Assembly (NCBI GenBank): GCA_023248155.1 | Contig: JAHFFE010000008.1 | Location: 6,515 to 70,514 of the forward strand | Length of the DNA stretch: 64,000 nucleotides | Direction: 5' to 3' | Source: Candidatus Omnitrophota bacterium | Lineage (GTDB): Bacteria; Omnitrophota; Gorgyraeia; 1-14-0-20-64-10 | Shown here: piece by piece, positions 25,801 to 35,564 of the stretch | How positions within the stretch are numbered: position 1 is the first letter of the stretch | Layout of the letters: every line of letters begins with the position of its first letter | Translations under genes and position numbers: made by a program | Notes under the pieces: model-generated | What the model was told of the DNA's origin: nothing | The model's database searches: none | Seen by the model: only the letters and a program-made list of their open reading frames with translations

Positions 25801-28800
25801 ATAATGCGGCCCGGGACATCTTGGGAAGACAGGAACAGCAATTTTTGGAATTAATCCGTATTGCTCATGAAGCCGGGTTGAATGTCGGTTTGCAGCTTGA
25901 TGAAGCCGAGATTGACCGCCTCACCGATCCAAATCAGTCGGTTCGCGCAAAGGAGCGGTTGGAAAAGACCGGCTTGAAAGATCAATCGCACGGATTGGAA
26001 ATCATCCGGCTCATCGTCAAGGCCAACGAAGAGTTCCATTTCCAGCTTGATTTTTTTAACTTGAATCTTAAGAAGGGGTCCGGCGAAAGCCGTGTTCGTG
26101 CGGAGATACAAGCGGCCCGGGAACGGCGCGGCTCTCTGCAGTCCGATATGCAAAAGCTGATGGATATGCTCGATACATTGCTGGTTGAAACCGGAGACCG
26201 TGGTGGCCGTCCCACCGAATGGAACCAATATGCCACCCGTGTTTCAGTCAACAGCGTAACGCCTGATACCGCCCGTGAAATTTTGGAGACAAATCATACG
26301 GGTCTGGTTCAACGAGCCCAGCACCGTTATCCCCAGGCCTTGTTCCTGCAGGGAGGTTCTCTAAACGAAATCATTACCACGCTGAATCAGCGATTTCCGT
26401 CGCTGGTCAATTCTCAGGGTCAGGTCGATCCCCAATTACTGGAGGAGCTGATTCAAAGAATCAGGGTGCCTTCAACCACTGCTTTCCGCGCGGTCTCTGT
26501 TCCGGAAAATCGCATTGCTGAGGTACAACAGTGGGCTTCTACGCTGACCGACGAACAGATTCGCCAGTCTATCCAGAAGAAGGAAGATCGTGTCCGGTTT
26601 TTGCTTGCGGCCAGGGCCTGGGAAATTGGCATGGCTCAGGAACCGGTACTGGCGCGGTATCAAAATCCGATTGATCTGGCCTTTTTGGCAGCCCATGAAA
26701 TTCAGATGAACCGGTTGTTGACCGTCGGAGATACCCATCCGAAAGTAGTGATGCGGTCTTTGCCGACTCAGCAGATTACCGCCAGCGGCCAAGCGGTCAT
26801 TGAAGTGGAAATCAAGAACGAAGGCAATTTGCCGGCTCAATATATGACGATTCTCCATTTAATGGGTGAAACTCCTTCCGGGCGCCCTGCATGGCCGTTG
26901 GATGAGCCCCGTTTGGAGCGGTTTACGAAGGAAGTTATTTTAAAACCGGGCGAATCCCAGCGCGTACGGTTTGTCGTTGATGGAAATATCTTGCGCCAGG
27001 AAGGGCATGTCAACTTCCGCGTGCTGGCGCGCGATGTGAACACGCTCTTGCACAAGCCGGGCCAGGGCCTTGATATGGAAGAAGATGAAGAAGCGTTCGC
27101 CCGCGCCGAAGGAACTTTATATGTCACTCTGCCGCAGCGGTTGAAAGCGATCCCGGACCAAGCCCAGCGCGATGAAGCGATACTTGAAAATTCTTTCCAT
27201 GGGCTTCGACGGAGATTTGAGCGCGCGGAGGCACTGCGCCGCGAGCGGACCGGAGAATCATTTAATGATGCTGCCTATGCCCAGGGATACGGGGAGCGTT
27301 ATATGGAGTATATGGCCGTTTTTGCTCCGTATTACACAATGGGGATCAGAAAGGAAGGGACGGGATCCGGAACAATTCTTCGTTTGACATTCCAGCGCAC
27401 GGCCCAAACGCTTCAGGAACATTTGGAAGATGTGCGATCGGAGCAGCGGCAGCAATTGGAAACAATCGCTTTGCTTCCCGATCAGTCAGAACTTGCTACG
27501 GCCCGATGGCTGCGCAAAGGGCTCGAATATGGCATGAAAGCCGGTTTGGTGGCGTTGGCGATTGCGGCATTCAGAAATGTTCGCAGTTCCGCGCGTCGCG
27601 GGTATGAGGGTGCTGCTTTGGAGCAGTCGTTAAGTACAGGGGGTCTCGGGGATGGAACTCCCGTAGGCCGTTTCAGCCAATTTTTGGACATGAACACCGA
27701 ATGGTCCCATCGCGTTGAAGGAATGGGCGCACGCTGGACTCAGGATAGGGCTGGAAATCATCCGGAACAGGGGAAGGTGGCTCGCGCGATGCGCGCGACC
27801 GGCCGGTTTGTGATCGGCCTTCGCGATGATATTCAGGATCAAGCCATGCCGATCGTATCTCGTCAGCAAAGCCGTTTGGAGTGGATTCAGAAAATAGCTC
27901 CTAAGGTGGTTACCGGTGCTTTAGTCGTCATCGGTTCATTGGCGGCGTTGGGAGCCATCACGCTTCCCGCGGCCGGTATCGCGCTGGCTGTTCTTGTGGC
28001 CGCGGTTGTTCTGCTGGCGGTTCCGGTGATTGGACCCGTTCTTCAGCGGCTTATCTCGGTACTCTTTTTCCTTCCGCTTGATTTGGCCGCATGGGCTCCA
28101 GCTAATGGAGCGCTTCTCATACTGGGCCCGATTATTTTCTTCGCGATGGCTGCCATTGGCTTGTCCTTGATCGGCACCTTGTTGGGTGTCGCTGTAACCG
28201 TATTCTCCTGGCAGAGTATTGCAGTGGTTGCGTTAATATGGGCCGCGTTATGGCTCTACGATGGCGTTGGCCGAAGTCCTTACAGCGCGATCAGCTTTAC
28301 CTGGAGGATTGTGGGTGCTTTGGGAATCGGCGCCGTCGCGGCCGTCGTTGTTTTTGCGCTGACTTATATAATCTCGAACGCTTTGTTGTTCTGGTTTTTA
28401 GTCGGCGTTGTTTTCTTTTGGGCGGTTCGGGCTACCCATATTTTTACTTCCAGTCCGGCTCCGTTAATGGCCTATGCCGAATGGGTCTCTTCTTATCGGT
28501 TCCTGGTTCGGTGGGCAATTACCGGCCTGGTTATTTATGCCGGTGTTATGCTGGCGGCCGCCGCTTCGACGGTCATTATGCCGATATTACTAGGCGCGGT
28601 TCCGGTAACGGGTATTGCCGCTTTAGCAACTTCCGGTTTGGGTGTCATCAGCCTGTTGGTGATCGGAACGGTTTTACTGACCTATCTTCTGGGGTCGCAT
28701 TATCAACTTTATGGAACAGTTCCGTTCTTACGCAACCATCCCATTTTATTGTGGACGGCTCGTGTCGCGACAGCCGCGGCGCTGGCGGCAGCGATACCGT

Positions 28801-31800
28801 GGCTGTTGGGAGCGGTTCCGGCATTCTTTGCCTCGATGTTGCCGGCGTTTATGGCCGGGTTATTGTTGCCGGTTACTCCAACGGTCGGGACCTATGTGAT
28901 GGGTCTGGTTATTTTCGGCCGCGCGGCCGGATTAATCTGGAGAGGAATTGATTACGCGACTTTCAGCCGGCCGGCCAACCAGCCGATCAGTGTTACGATT
29001 TTACGCGCGTTGTTCCATGCCGTGGTGCTGGGTGTGGGTGCTGCCATGCTGCTCCCGCTGGGGCTTTTGGCCATCAAGGGAATCAGCATTGCCGGTGCCG
29101 GCTGGATTGTTTTCTGGTTGATGATCGTTCCTAGCGCGGCGCTCATCCTTGCGGCCCTTTGGGATTGGTCTGCCACGCCCCGTTATTGGCTGCAGGAGCA
29201 ATTTGAGCGGGAACGGGTTCAGCAAGCGCAACTGATCGGCGCGATTCAGGTCTTCGAAGGATCCGGCGCACAGCGGGTTTCTGCGGCTAATCTGCATCAG
29301 ATGGCTTTACCGCAACTGCGCGCGGAGTTTGCAACCATGGCCGCTCAGCCGGGGCAAAATCTTTCTGCCTCGGATCGTACCCGTTTGCTTTCCCGATTCC
29401 GTCTGCGCCAGTCGCCCGACCAGCTTCCGCTGGTGAATCCGGATCTGGTTGTTTTGCAGGCCGCCTGGGCCGATGCTGTAGCGGCTACGCATATTGACTG
29501 GCATCACGGCGTGCCGCAGCTTCCTTCATTTATTTCCGGAAATCAGGCCCCCACGCAGATTCAGCAGATGATTCAGCTGACGCCGGACCAACAGCGGGTA
29601 TTGAACTGGTATTATTGGCGGCATTTGGCCGAACGCGATGCCGATACCGAAGTGCGCCGGCTCAGCACCGAGCAAGGATCCGTCGTCGGATTGGCCGATC
29701 TGTCACTGGCCGATCAGGAACTGGCTGTGACGCCCTACTTCAACTGGTATATGAACCGATTCAAAGATACTATTCTTAACCAGGATGAAGGAACCACTCT
29801 GCGTACTTTGGGCGGCTTTTTGTGGACCTCTGATTTGCAGCATTTGGTTGGCCGGTTCCGCCAGGATGACAGTTTGGCAGTGGTTATGCCCGCGCTTATT
29901 TTGAGTTTGGAATACGCGATGGACGGTCCCTCGGTCATCGGCGGCGCGCAGATCCGTAACGCCAACAGAAATTATGGAGTATTCGGCGTGGTTGTTGTGA
30001 CCGTGGTGATGTGGGCCCAGGTCGCGTTGATGAACATTGCTGTTCCGCTGGGTTTTATCGCTTCGATGGTGAACCGATGGGGCCGGTCAAAGGTTCAGGG
30101 CGGCAATGTGCTGCATACGCTGCGTGCTTCCGCGGACGCCGGCATGGAAGGTTATCAAAAAGCGTTCTGGTATGTAATTTTAGTGCTGGGCCGCTGGCTG
30201 CAGGGTCTGCTCTTTACCTTGATGGAAGTGTATCTGGGCCGATGGGTCGGCCGGCGCGATCTTGAAGAGTATCAGGCCACCCGTGTTTTTGAAGGATCGG
30301 CTGATGGCGATGGAACACTCTCGAACCGGGTTCGTACACTTCTGCATGAAAACACACTTAATTCACTGGTCGAGGCGCATTACGCCGGTTTGATTGGCGA
30401 AGACAACTCACTATTCGATATGGGTCGGTTCGCGTTTCCTTCTCAAATGCGAAATGTTCCCTGGCAATTAAGAGGGGATGGTCCCGGCATTCAGGATGCC
30501 GAAGCGTTTGGTGACCGTTCCAACAACCAGCAACTGCCCGGTACCATTGAATGGCGTACCGAGGGCGGTATTGGCGGCGGACATGCCCGCGTGGCGGTCC
30601 GTTTTGAAATTATCGACAGCATCGATTTATCCGGCGCCGGATTAGAGGAAAGTAAAGTAGGTACCCAATCAAAACTGGTTTTGGAGCGGCTGGCTGACGG
30701 TACCGTTCGTATCCGTAAACAGGGTGAATCCCTGCGATATCTGGTCCGCTTAAATAAGGATCAGAAAGCGTCGCTGGATCAGCGGTTGGCGCAGAACAGC
30801 AATAACTGGAAAGCTACGGCCCGCTTTTTTGAAACCGAAAGAGATGCCGCCATTGATCAACTAAAAGCGCGGCAACGAGAGGTTAGGAATCTGGAAAGGG
30901 CAGGCGCTCCTGATATTCAAATCAGAATTGCCAAAGATGCGGTAGAAGCAGCTAACAAACAAGTGAAATTTGTCTCGCCTATTGCGGACGGTCTTATTTC
31001 GGAGAACGGCCGGTATCTCTATGCTTTTCAAGATGGATCTGTGACGCGTGTTTTTGTAAATGGACAAGATCAGGAAACGCTATTGACGAAAAACCGGCAA
31101 CGCCGACTTTCCACCGAGCCGGGTAAAGTCTATGTTCAAGCACCCACCGGACGCACCAAGGGTGAAAATGCCGGTGCTGGCCTTGCGTATGCCATCGGTT
31201 TGGTGGAGCCGCGCCTGCAATTAACGCGGGACGGCAATTCCTACCGCGTCAATCTGCCGTTTAGAACGATGGAGGAGGAGCTTTTCCCGGAATTGGGCGA
31301 GGCGCGGCATGAAATCCAGGATCATGGGGATCGCCAGCACGGCGTGCGCGCTCATCAGGGTGTTGAAGCGGCACGGGTTTTAAATCAGGAAAACGATGAG
31401 CGTCTGCGCAGGCATCGCGGCATCGAGTCGTCGATTTCCGCGCTTCCTCAAGGTGAGTTTGGGCATCACCAGGTGCGCGACCGTATCGGGCAACGCGGGC
31501 AATGGCTTTTAAACGCCGCGGCTACATTGCTGCGTTGGGAGCGCGATCGTGATCTTGATGAAAACAATTACCGGTCTGGGTTAAATCCGCTTCGCTGGAG
31601 TTTTAAGAAAATCGCGTTGTTAATCGTCCAGGTAGCAGCTTTCAGTGCCGTGCTTTGGCTGGTTTTGAACGGTATGGTTGCTTTAACCTCTCTTCAGGTG
31701 ATTGCCGGGGTATTGTTTGGCATCACGTTGCTGGCTACCCAGTTTAACTGGTGGTGGACGCTCAAAATTATTGCTGGTTTCACGGCGCTTTATTTCGCAT

Positions 31801-34800
31801 GGCCCTGGGGATTGGCAATGGCGATTACCGGGCCTACCTTTGCCGCCTTTTTGTGGGGCTACATCAAGCCGATCTCATTTATCGGAAATGTTCAGCATAA
31901 TCGTATTCAGGGTATGCGCGGGCATTACCAATCTGAGATGATCGAGTCGGCATTTGACCGGCTTGAAGCACGGATAGGCTTGGCGCAGATGGGCCCGGTG
32001 CTGGATGCTTCTCAACAGCAGTACGACGCTCAACTGCGTGACGGTTTGGCGCTGATCCAGCAGACCCCGGCACTGCAGACTTTGGCTGAACTCTATCACC
32101 GCGTGATTGGTCCGGAAGAGCTGACTGTTCAGCGGCCCTGGTGGAATCTACTGCGGTATATTCCAATCCCAGGATTTCCACGGCGCCCGATAACCAATAT
32201 ACCGTTTCTGCGGGGCGTAATGCAGGTGGAGCCCACTTTGCGGCGGGTTATCCGGCAGGTAGAAACAGGGCCTTCTGCAGGGCAGGAAGAGTCGGGCGGC
32301 CCAGGTAGTCGTACCGCGGCTCTTGCCGATATCGAACGGCTTTTGGTTCGCGAGATGCGCGATTTTTCGCCGGCTCAGCGGCGCGCTGTTTTTGAAGCGC
32401 TTCGCTGGAACACTGCGTTGCAATTCGCGGCGATTGGCAACCGGGCTATTTCCGATCAATATTCCCGCAGCCGTGATCCGGAAGTAACGCGCATGGGCGA
32501 TGTTAACTCACAGTTCGGCGTGGAAGGGCAGGATCGTTTAACCCGGTTGCAGGCCCAGCAGCAGTTACTGAACGGCCAGTTAATTCAAACGGCCTATCCA
32601 TTTGCGGGCAACCGCTCCTGGACGCGCAGTTCCGACGCGGCCATTTATGGCGGTATTCCGGCACCCTCTTTGACCTACAGTGGCTCATCCAATAATCTGT
32701 TGAATGCGCTGGCACGGGGCGCCCAAAATGGCGGTTTTATTATTGAACGAATGGCAATCAATTCGACGGCCAATGGGGATGTTCTTTATATCGATTCCGC
32801 TCTCTTGGCTAATGATTACGGAAATACAAGCGGCATTGACAAAGGCCGCGGCCTTTTAATTCTGGTCCATGAGGCGGGGCTTATTACCGACGAACAGTAT
32901 GAAACAATGTCCAGCCGTTTGAGCGATATTCAGTTTCAAGGCGGGAATGTGGGTGCCGCGCTTAACACATTTTTAAGAAATGGTTCTGATTTAGCGGGAA
33001 TTGTGGTGGTCGGCACTACCTGGACCTATAATCGCGACAGAGCAACCCAGTGGAAGCCGGAATTAAAGGTCTCCGGTGATTTTAAATATACAGCCCCGTC
33101 TGCCGGTGCAACAGAGCAGCAGAAGCAGGAACAGAAGATCAAAGACGAAGCAGCCCTCAATGAGATTTTTGATAAAGCGTCTCAATCAATTCGCCGGATT
33201 AATCCGCTGCGGGCCGCACTGGATCAGAAATCGGCCGGTCAGACGCTGTCCAATTATCTTCTGGAGAACACCTCGCTTCAGCCCGATCTTGAAGTTTTGC
33301 AGTCTGATTTGAACGCGCAGAGTGAAGAGCTGAATTCAGTAATCAACACCGAGATTTCCGCAGAACAGCTTAATCAATACTATGATGACCGGCAGGCGCG
33401 CGAGGGCGACCGGGAAGTTTTTCGGATCACAGCGCAGAATGTGAATTGGCGGGCGATCGGTTTTTCGGGCAATACGCTGCAGGAAGCGCTGGCCGAATTG
33501 CGGCAATCGATCGCGCACGATGGGACGATTTCTTTGACGCCGCGCCGCAATCTGCTGACCTGGGCAATGGATCTGTTTAATTTGCGAAATCAATCGTACA
33601 GCCGTGAAGTGGTACTGCTGCAGTTGTTGTTTGGCGCCAACCAAGATCAGCTGTTGATGCGCGGCGGCCGCGTGGTTGGTTTGCGCTGGAGCAACCTCGA
33701 CAGCCATTTTGATGCCTCGCAATGGCAGTTTGCCGTCGGACCGTATCTCTGGCCCGGCAGCACGATGGGACGCGTCGCTCTCTGGATGCGGCGCGGCAGA
33801 ATGCATCAGGCGCCGCCGATTCCATTTTTGGAAGCGGTCCGGTTGCTGGAAATGTCTCCCAACGCGGCGGTGGCTTCCGGCTTTAACCGGCTTCCGACCG
33901 ATGCGTTCAGTTTGCCTCAGTTGCTGACCGAGGACGGCCGGCATGGATCGCTGAACCGGTTAACACCGACGCTGAACCCGACGATGAACGCCTGGAATAT
34001 GCACAAAATTCCGTTTATGCAGCTTCAACTGTTGCTGCGCAAAGGGGACAAATCGACCCAGCGTGCCGTGCAATATTTTGCCGGTCTGGCGATTGAACAG
34101 TCATTTCAGCATTTGTTTGATCATCCGTTATTTGCCGGCGTTCACCCCGATTATTTAAATCATCTCTCCAATACGATGAGACAAACATTCGGTTTGCAGG
34201 CAGTCTTGCGCGATGAAGTTTCCACGGCCGGCGCGCATGGCGCCGGAACATTCTCTTACGGTCTGACCGGCTATACCGGCTCCCGCCTCTCCGGTATTCG
34301 GGTGGGGCCGTATCCGCCGGGGCATGTGGCGGCCTACTGGATTTATCGCGAATATCAGGCGCTTGACGAACAGTGGAATGGTTTATTTAATGCAACCACC
34401 CGCCAGCTGCAGCGCGAGGCTGTTTTTGCGCGTACCAACAGTCCGGTTCCGCCCGATTCCTCCGCCGATAGTGTCCCGTTGATTTATCAGGGAGATGTGG
34501 TGGATCCATGGACTGTCTTGGCAACGGCCGGGGCTCAAATCGAACAGACTCGGCGTGCTTCGCGCAGCCCGCATACGCCGGCTGAGAATCCGTTGTTGCT
34601 GGGTCCGTTGGTCAGTCCTGAAGGCCGTTCGAATGCCATTGAAGAAGCCGCGCGACAAGTCAGAGCATCGCTGGCGCAGCCGGTAACCGCGGCGACGGTT
34701 GGAACAATTCGTCTGGCTGAAGAACCGCCGCCAGCTCCTGTGGTTCCGATGACGGGTACTCTTCCGTCGGAATCCGGCCTGGAAGAGCAGACAGCCGTCC

Positions 34801-35396
34801 AGCTGTTTGTTCCGTCTACAGTCACCGCATTACCATCTGAGCTGGTAACAGTGACGGTGGCTCCTGAGACGGTGGCGGAATTGTCCACGAGCACAACCAT
34901 TACCACAGCGCCGTCCTCGACAAGCGTCACCGTGACGGCTCCGGTTGGAACTTTCCAGCCGGGACTGTTTGACAGCTTAAAAGCTTTGTCTGAAATTCGT
35001 GTCGCGGTGATTTCGGCCGAGACCGCGTTGAATTATCCGGAGTTGTCAGGTATTGCCGGAAAATTAAAGCAAATCCGAAACACGAATGCCTACCTGCTGG
35101 TTTTGCCGAATGATCCGAAGCAGTTGGAAGACGCGTTGATGGAACTGATGGAAAAATCCGAGGTCATTGTTCAAAGCTATGGCTCAGCGGACGATTTGTC
35201 GCTGAAAGATTTTAGAGATGCGGTTAGTCCGTTCTCCTCGATTCATTTAGGGAATCCTCAGCCGGTGAATGGCTCCTTCCCGATAGTGTTGAGCCAAATC
35301 TTGGGCGCTCTGGCCGGTATTGCTCCGGAATCGGTTACCGAAGCCGAGCTGGCTGGCGTCGAAGAAGCTGTTTTTGGTACGCTGACCAGCGCGTAA
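22899..35396 (+). CDS. Giant polytopic membrane protein (4,165 aa). N-terminal signal/anchor. Block of about 16 TM helices encoded at ~27900-29200. Second cluster of 4-5 TM helices at ~31600-31880. Large soluble domains on both sides. Shared C-terminal domain.
   Basis: ATG at 22899 is preceded by an AAGGGGGA RBS 5 nt upstream, and there is a single 12.5 kb ORF. The N-terminus LRSVAAVTLAAFTITSIVPSVFAQT is signal-peptide-like. Many 18-25 residue hydrophobic segments occur (VVTGALVVIGSLAALGAITLPAAGIALAVLVAAVVLLAVPVIG, and so on). The C-terminus (AVISAETALNYPELSG...) aligns with the C-termini of neighbouring genes. Confidence 0.85.
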   Translation: MIVRFNRKTGQSSEGTPVPGEGVLLPVQRPRLRPVLRSVAAVTLAAFTITSIVPSVFAQTVHSKETLRPVQEAEGNNKEKVGGLEERLRASGSEPISADPVLLTPTPSVSAGGQGDGLATTTNFWVNRSGSPIAGKEEDSAVRVDRRTALAAGLLGTAAVATALTAPVSLPAQDVTPPQPKVVAAAPKAAAKPAPRPVLVEQITSNLVQNDKGQIQLETVSRGTRSDRVIAPPTKESRHPMIAAVQAVKATLTRGQELVRSFLTGPSEVIRWFAVKNHARSIIPKNHPNVILSLNDFRPFIDQGPERVAVVLKAIGAAAKAQGSKVSIALDIGAFVDNRDFSDLKTPISANTTRDYLVPFVTEAKRQDIKVLPYSSDRGVMLDIGSYKRELQDALQMGFDREAIVTDWEWWASPPGVENLWETLTLNKQDDAKAQLALEWLKAHQQLLTSVISDKEIPVTAKPTQIYALVNQDFAQVLIKALDGKPLPSRFHLVVMAYNTPRGKEAEFVQAAQKSSADLTGQKASGYALNFERDASPDQSLNGLAVEGKVGETVQQIAAQAKTGGEPLFMHIPSHRDLTSLMETGKMVPVLPADQVELAQTTAIALGKMVLGGTPKSPEIIRRYLPRPEDTATVTNRIAVEPVTHGIGFGTTGVGTVGAVGRNVEAWMGKGVWWFLDPDTFILGPEAGLTVSAMKKIVGTLVRGELETVSMELIVTPLGEDGRPSGPALPPISVMGVPDPTRELKGARYDAQLRVKLRRPGERLAQNPESWPLINASIEAEVALGYPGYGRTPLTVSEAIHIPPGRGNETAEVTIPLGEITPTISFFILRSRDSQEKITGWYGPVNPMYMSQFTDYLLDQKYKTKWAHLETVCADPNTSAQLLAEATEEMNRMGGHVTALQLAVDHRGDLMVPVSVEEYKDAASMRAQFQSLREHGVTHISVRVPEIEQNADKYLVQYAEKDIWGVDYNAARDILGRQEQQFLELIRIAHEAGLNVGLQLDEAEIDRLTDPNQSVRAKERLEKTGLKDQSHGLEIIRLIVKANEEFHFQLDFFNLNLKKGSGESRVRAEIQAARERRGSLQSDMQKLMDMLDTLLVETGDRGGRPTEWNQYATRVSVNSVTPDTAREILETNHTGLVQRAQHRYPQALFLQGGSLNEIITTLNQRFPSLVNSQGQVDPQLLEELIQRIRVPSTTAFRAVSVPENRIAEVQQWASTLTDEQIRQSIQKKEDRVRFLLAARAWEIGMAQEPVLARYQNPIDLAFLAAHEIQMNRLLTVGDTHPKVVMRSLPTQQITASGQAVIEVEIKNEGNLPAQYMTILHLMGETPSGRPAWPLDEPRLERFTKEVILKPGESQRVRFVVDGNILRQEGHVNFRVLARDVNTLLHKPGQGLDMEEDEEAFARAEGTLYVTLPQRLKAIPDQAQRDEAILENSFHGLRRRFERAEALRRERTGESFNDAAYAQGYGERYMEYMAVFAPYYTMGIRKEGTGSGTILRLTFQRTAQTLQEHLEDVRSEQRQQLETIALLPDQSELATARWLRKGLEYGMKAGLVALAIAAFRNVRSSARRGYEGAALEQSLSTGGLGDGTPVGRFSQFLDMNTEWSHRVEGMGARWTQDRAGNHPEQGKVARAMRATGRFVIGLRDDIQDQAMPIVSRQQSRLEWIQKIAPKVVTGALVVIGSLAALGAITLPAAGIALAVLVAAVVLLAVPVIGPVLQRLISVLFFLPLDLAAWAPANGALLILGPIIFFAMAAIGLSLIGTLLGVAVTVFSWQSIAVVALIWAALWLYDGVGRSPYSAISFTWRIVGALGIGAVAAVVVFALTYIISNALLFWFLVGVVFFWAVRATHIFTSSPAPLMAYAEWVSSYRFLVRWAITGLVIYAGVMLAAAASTVIMPILLGAVPVTGIAALATSGLGVISLLVIGTVLLTYLLGSHYQLYGTVPFLRNHPILLWTARVATAAALAAAIPWLLGAVPAFFASMLPAFMAGLLLPVTPTVGTYVMGLVIFGRAAGLIWRGIDYATFSRPANQPISVTILRALFHAVVLGVGAAMLLPLGLLAIKGISIAGAGWIVFWLMIVPSAALILAALWDWSATPRYWLQEQFERERVQQAQLIGAIQVFEGSGAQRVSAANLHQMALPQLRAEFATMAAQPGQNLSASDRTRLLSRFRLRQSPDQLPLVNPDLVVLQAAWADAVAATHIDWHHGVPQLPSFISGNQAPTQIQQMIQLTPDQQRVLNWYYWRHLAERDADTEVRRLSTEQGSVVGLADLSLADQELAVTPYFNWYMNRFKDTILNQDEGTTLRTLGGFLWTSDLQHLVGRFRQDDSLAVVMPALILSLEYAMDGPSVIGGAQIRNANRNYGVFGVVVVTVVMWAQVALMNIAVPLGFIASMVNRWGRSKVQGGNVLHTLRASADAGMEGYQKAFWYVILVLGRWLQGLLFTLMEVYLGRWVGRRDLEEYQATRVFEGSADGDGTLSNRVRTLLHENTLNSLVEAHYAGLIGEDNSLFDMGRFAFPSQMRNVPWQLRGDGPGIQDAEAFGDRSNNQQLPGTIEWRTEGGIGGGHARVAVRFEIIDSIDLSGAGLEESKVGTQSKLVLERLADGTVRIRKQGESLRYLVRLNKDQKASLDQRLAQNSNNWKATARFFETERDAAIDQLKARQREVRNLERAGAPDIQIRIAKDAVEAANKQVKFVSPIADGLISENGRYLYAFQDGSVTRVFVNGQDQETLLTKNRQRRLSTEPGKVYVQAPTGRTKGENAGAGLAYAIGLVEPRLQLTRDGNSYRVNLPFRTMEEELFPELGEARHEIQDHGDRQHGVRAHQGVEAARVLNQENDERLRRHRGIESSISALPQGEFGHHQVRDRIGQRGQWLLNAAATLLRWERDRDLDENNYRSGLNPLRWSFKKIALLIVQVAAFSAVLWLVLNGMVALTSLQVIAGVLFGITLLATQFNWWWTLKIIAGFTALYFAWPWGLAMAITGPTFAAFLWGYIKPISFIGNVQHNRIQGMRGHYQSEMIESAFDRLEARIGLAQMGPVLDASQQQYDAQLRDGLALIQQTPALQTLAELYHRVIGPEELTVQRPWWNLLRYIPIPGFPRRPITNIPFLRGVMQVEPTLRRVIRQVETGPSAGQEESGGPGSRTAALADIERLLVREMRDFSPAQRRAVFEALRWNTALQFAAIGNRAISDQYSRSRDPEVTRMGDVNSQFGVEGQDRLTRLQAQQQLLNGQLIQTAYPFAGNRSWTRSSDAAIYGGIPAPSLTYSGSSNNLLNALARGAQNGGFIIERMAINSTANGDVLYIDSALLANDYGNTSGIDKGRGLLILVHEAGLITDEQYETMSSRLSDIQFQGGNVGAALNTFLRNGSDLAGIVVVGTTWTYNRDRATQWKPELKVSGDFKYTAPSAGATEQQKQEQKIKDEAALNEIFDKASQSIRRINPLRAALDQKSAGQTLSNYLLENTSLQPDLEVLQSDLNAQSEELNSVINTEISAEQLNQYYDDRQAREGDREVFRITAQNVNWRAIGFSGNTLQEALAELRQSIAHDGTISLTPRRNLLTWAMDLFNLRNQSYSREVVLLQLLFGANQDQLLMRGGRVVGLRWSNLDSHFDASQWQFAVGPYLWPGSTMGRVALWMRRGRMHQAPPIPFLEAVRLLEMSPNAAVASGFNRLPTDAFSLPQLLTEDGRHGSLNRLTPTLNPTMNAWNMHKIPFMQLQLLLRKGDKSTQRAVQYFAGLAIEQSFQHLFDHPLFAGVHPDYLNHLSNTMRQTFGLQAVLRDEVSTAGAHGAGTFSYGLTGYTGSRLSGIRVGPYPPGHVAAYWIYREYQALDEQWNGLFNATTRQLQREAVFARTNSPVPPDSSADSVPLIYQGDVVDPWTVLATAGAQIEQTRRASRSPHTPAENPLLLGPLVSPEGRSNAIEEAARQVRASLAQPVTAATVGTIRLAEEPPPAPVVPMTGTLPSESGLEEQTAVQLFVPSTVTALPSELVTVTVAPETVAELSTSTTITTAPSSTSVTVTAPVGTFQPGLFDSLKALSEIRVAVISAETALNYPELSGIAGKLKQIRNTNAYLLVLPNDPKQLEDALMELMEKSEVIVQSYGSADDLSLKDFRDAVSPFSSIHLGNPQPVNGSFPIVLSQILGALAGIAPESVTEAELAGVEEAVFGTLTSA

Positions 35397-35564
35397 AAAG
35401 AATTTTTCCTCAAAAAATTTTCCATCCGGTTTTTCTCGCCAGTTGTTTGCTTTCACGCTATAATAAATAAACAAGAACCTGACCCTCATCTCGTCGGCCA
35501 GGAGTACAATCGGCTGCCGGGGTGGGGGAATTTCTTCCGGCGCTTTTAAAACAGATTGCGATTG

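Noticed and set aside
28238-28951. 237-aa + strand ORF in an alternative frame inside the TM block of the membrane giant.
   Set aside because: It is off-frame within a 12.5 kb continuous gene. Its Cys/Arg/Gly-rich translation is compositionally implausible, and the main frame encodes coherent TM helices.
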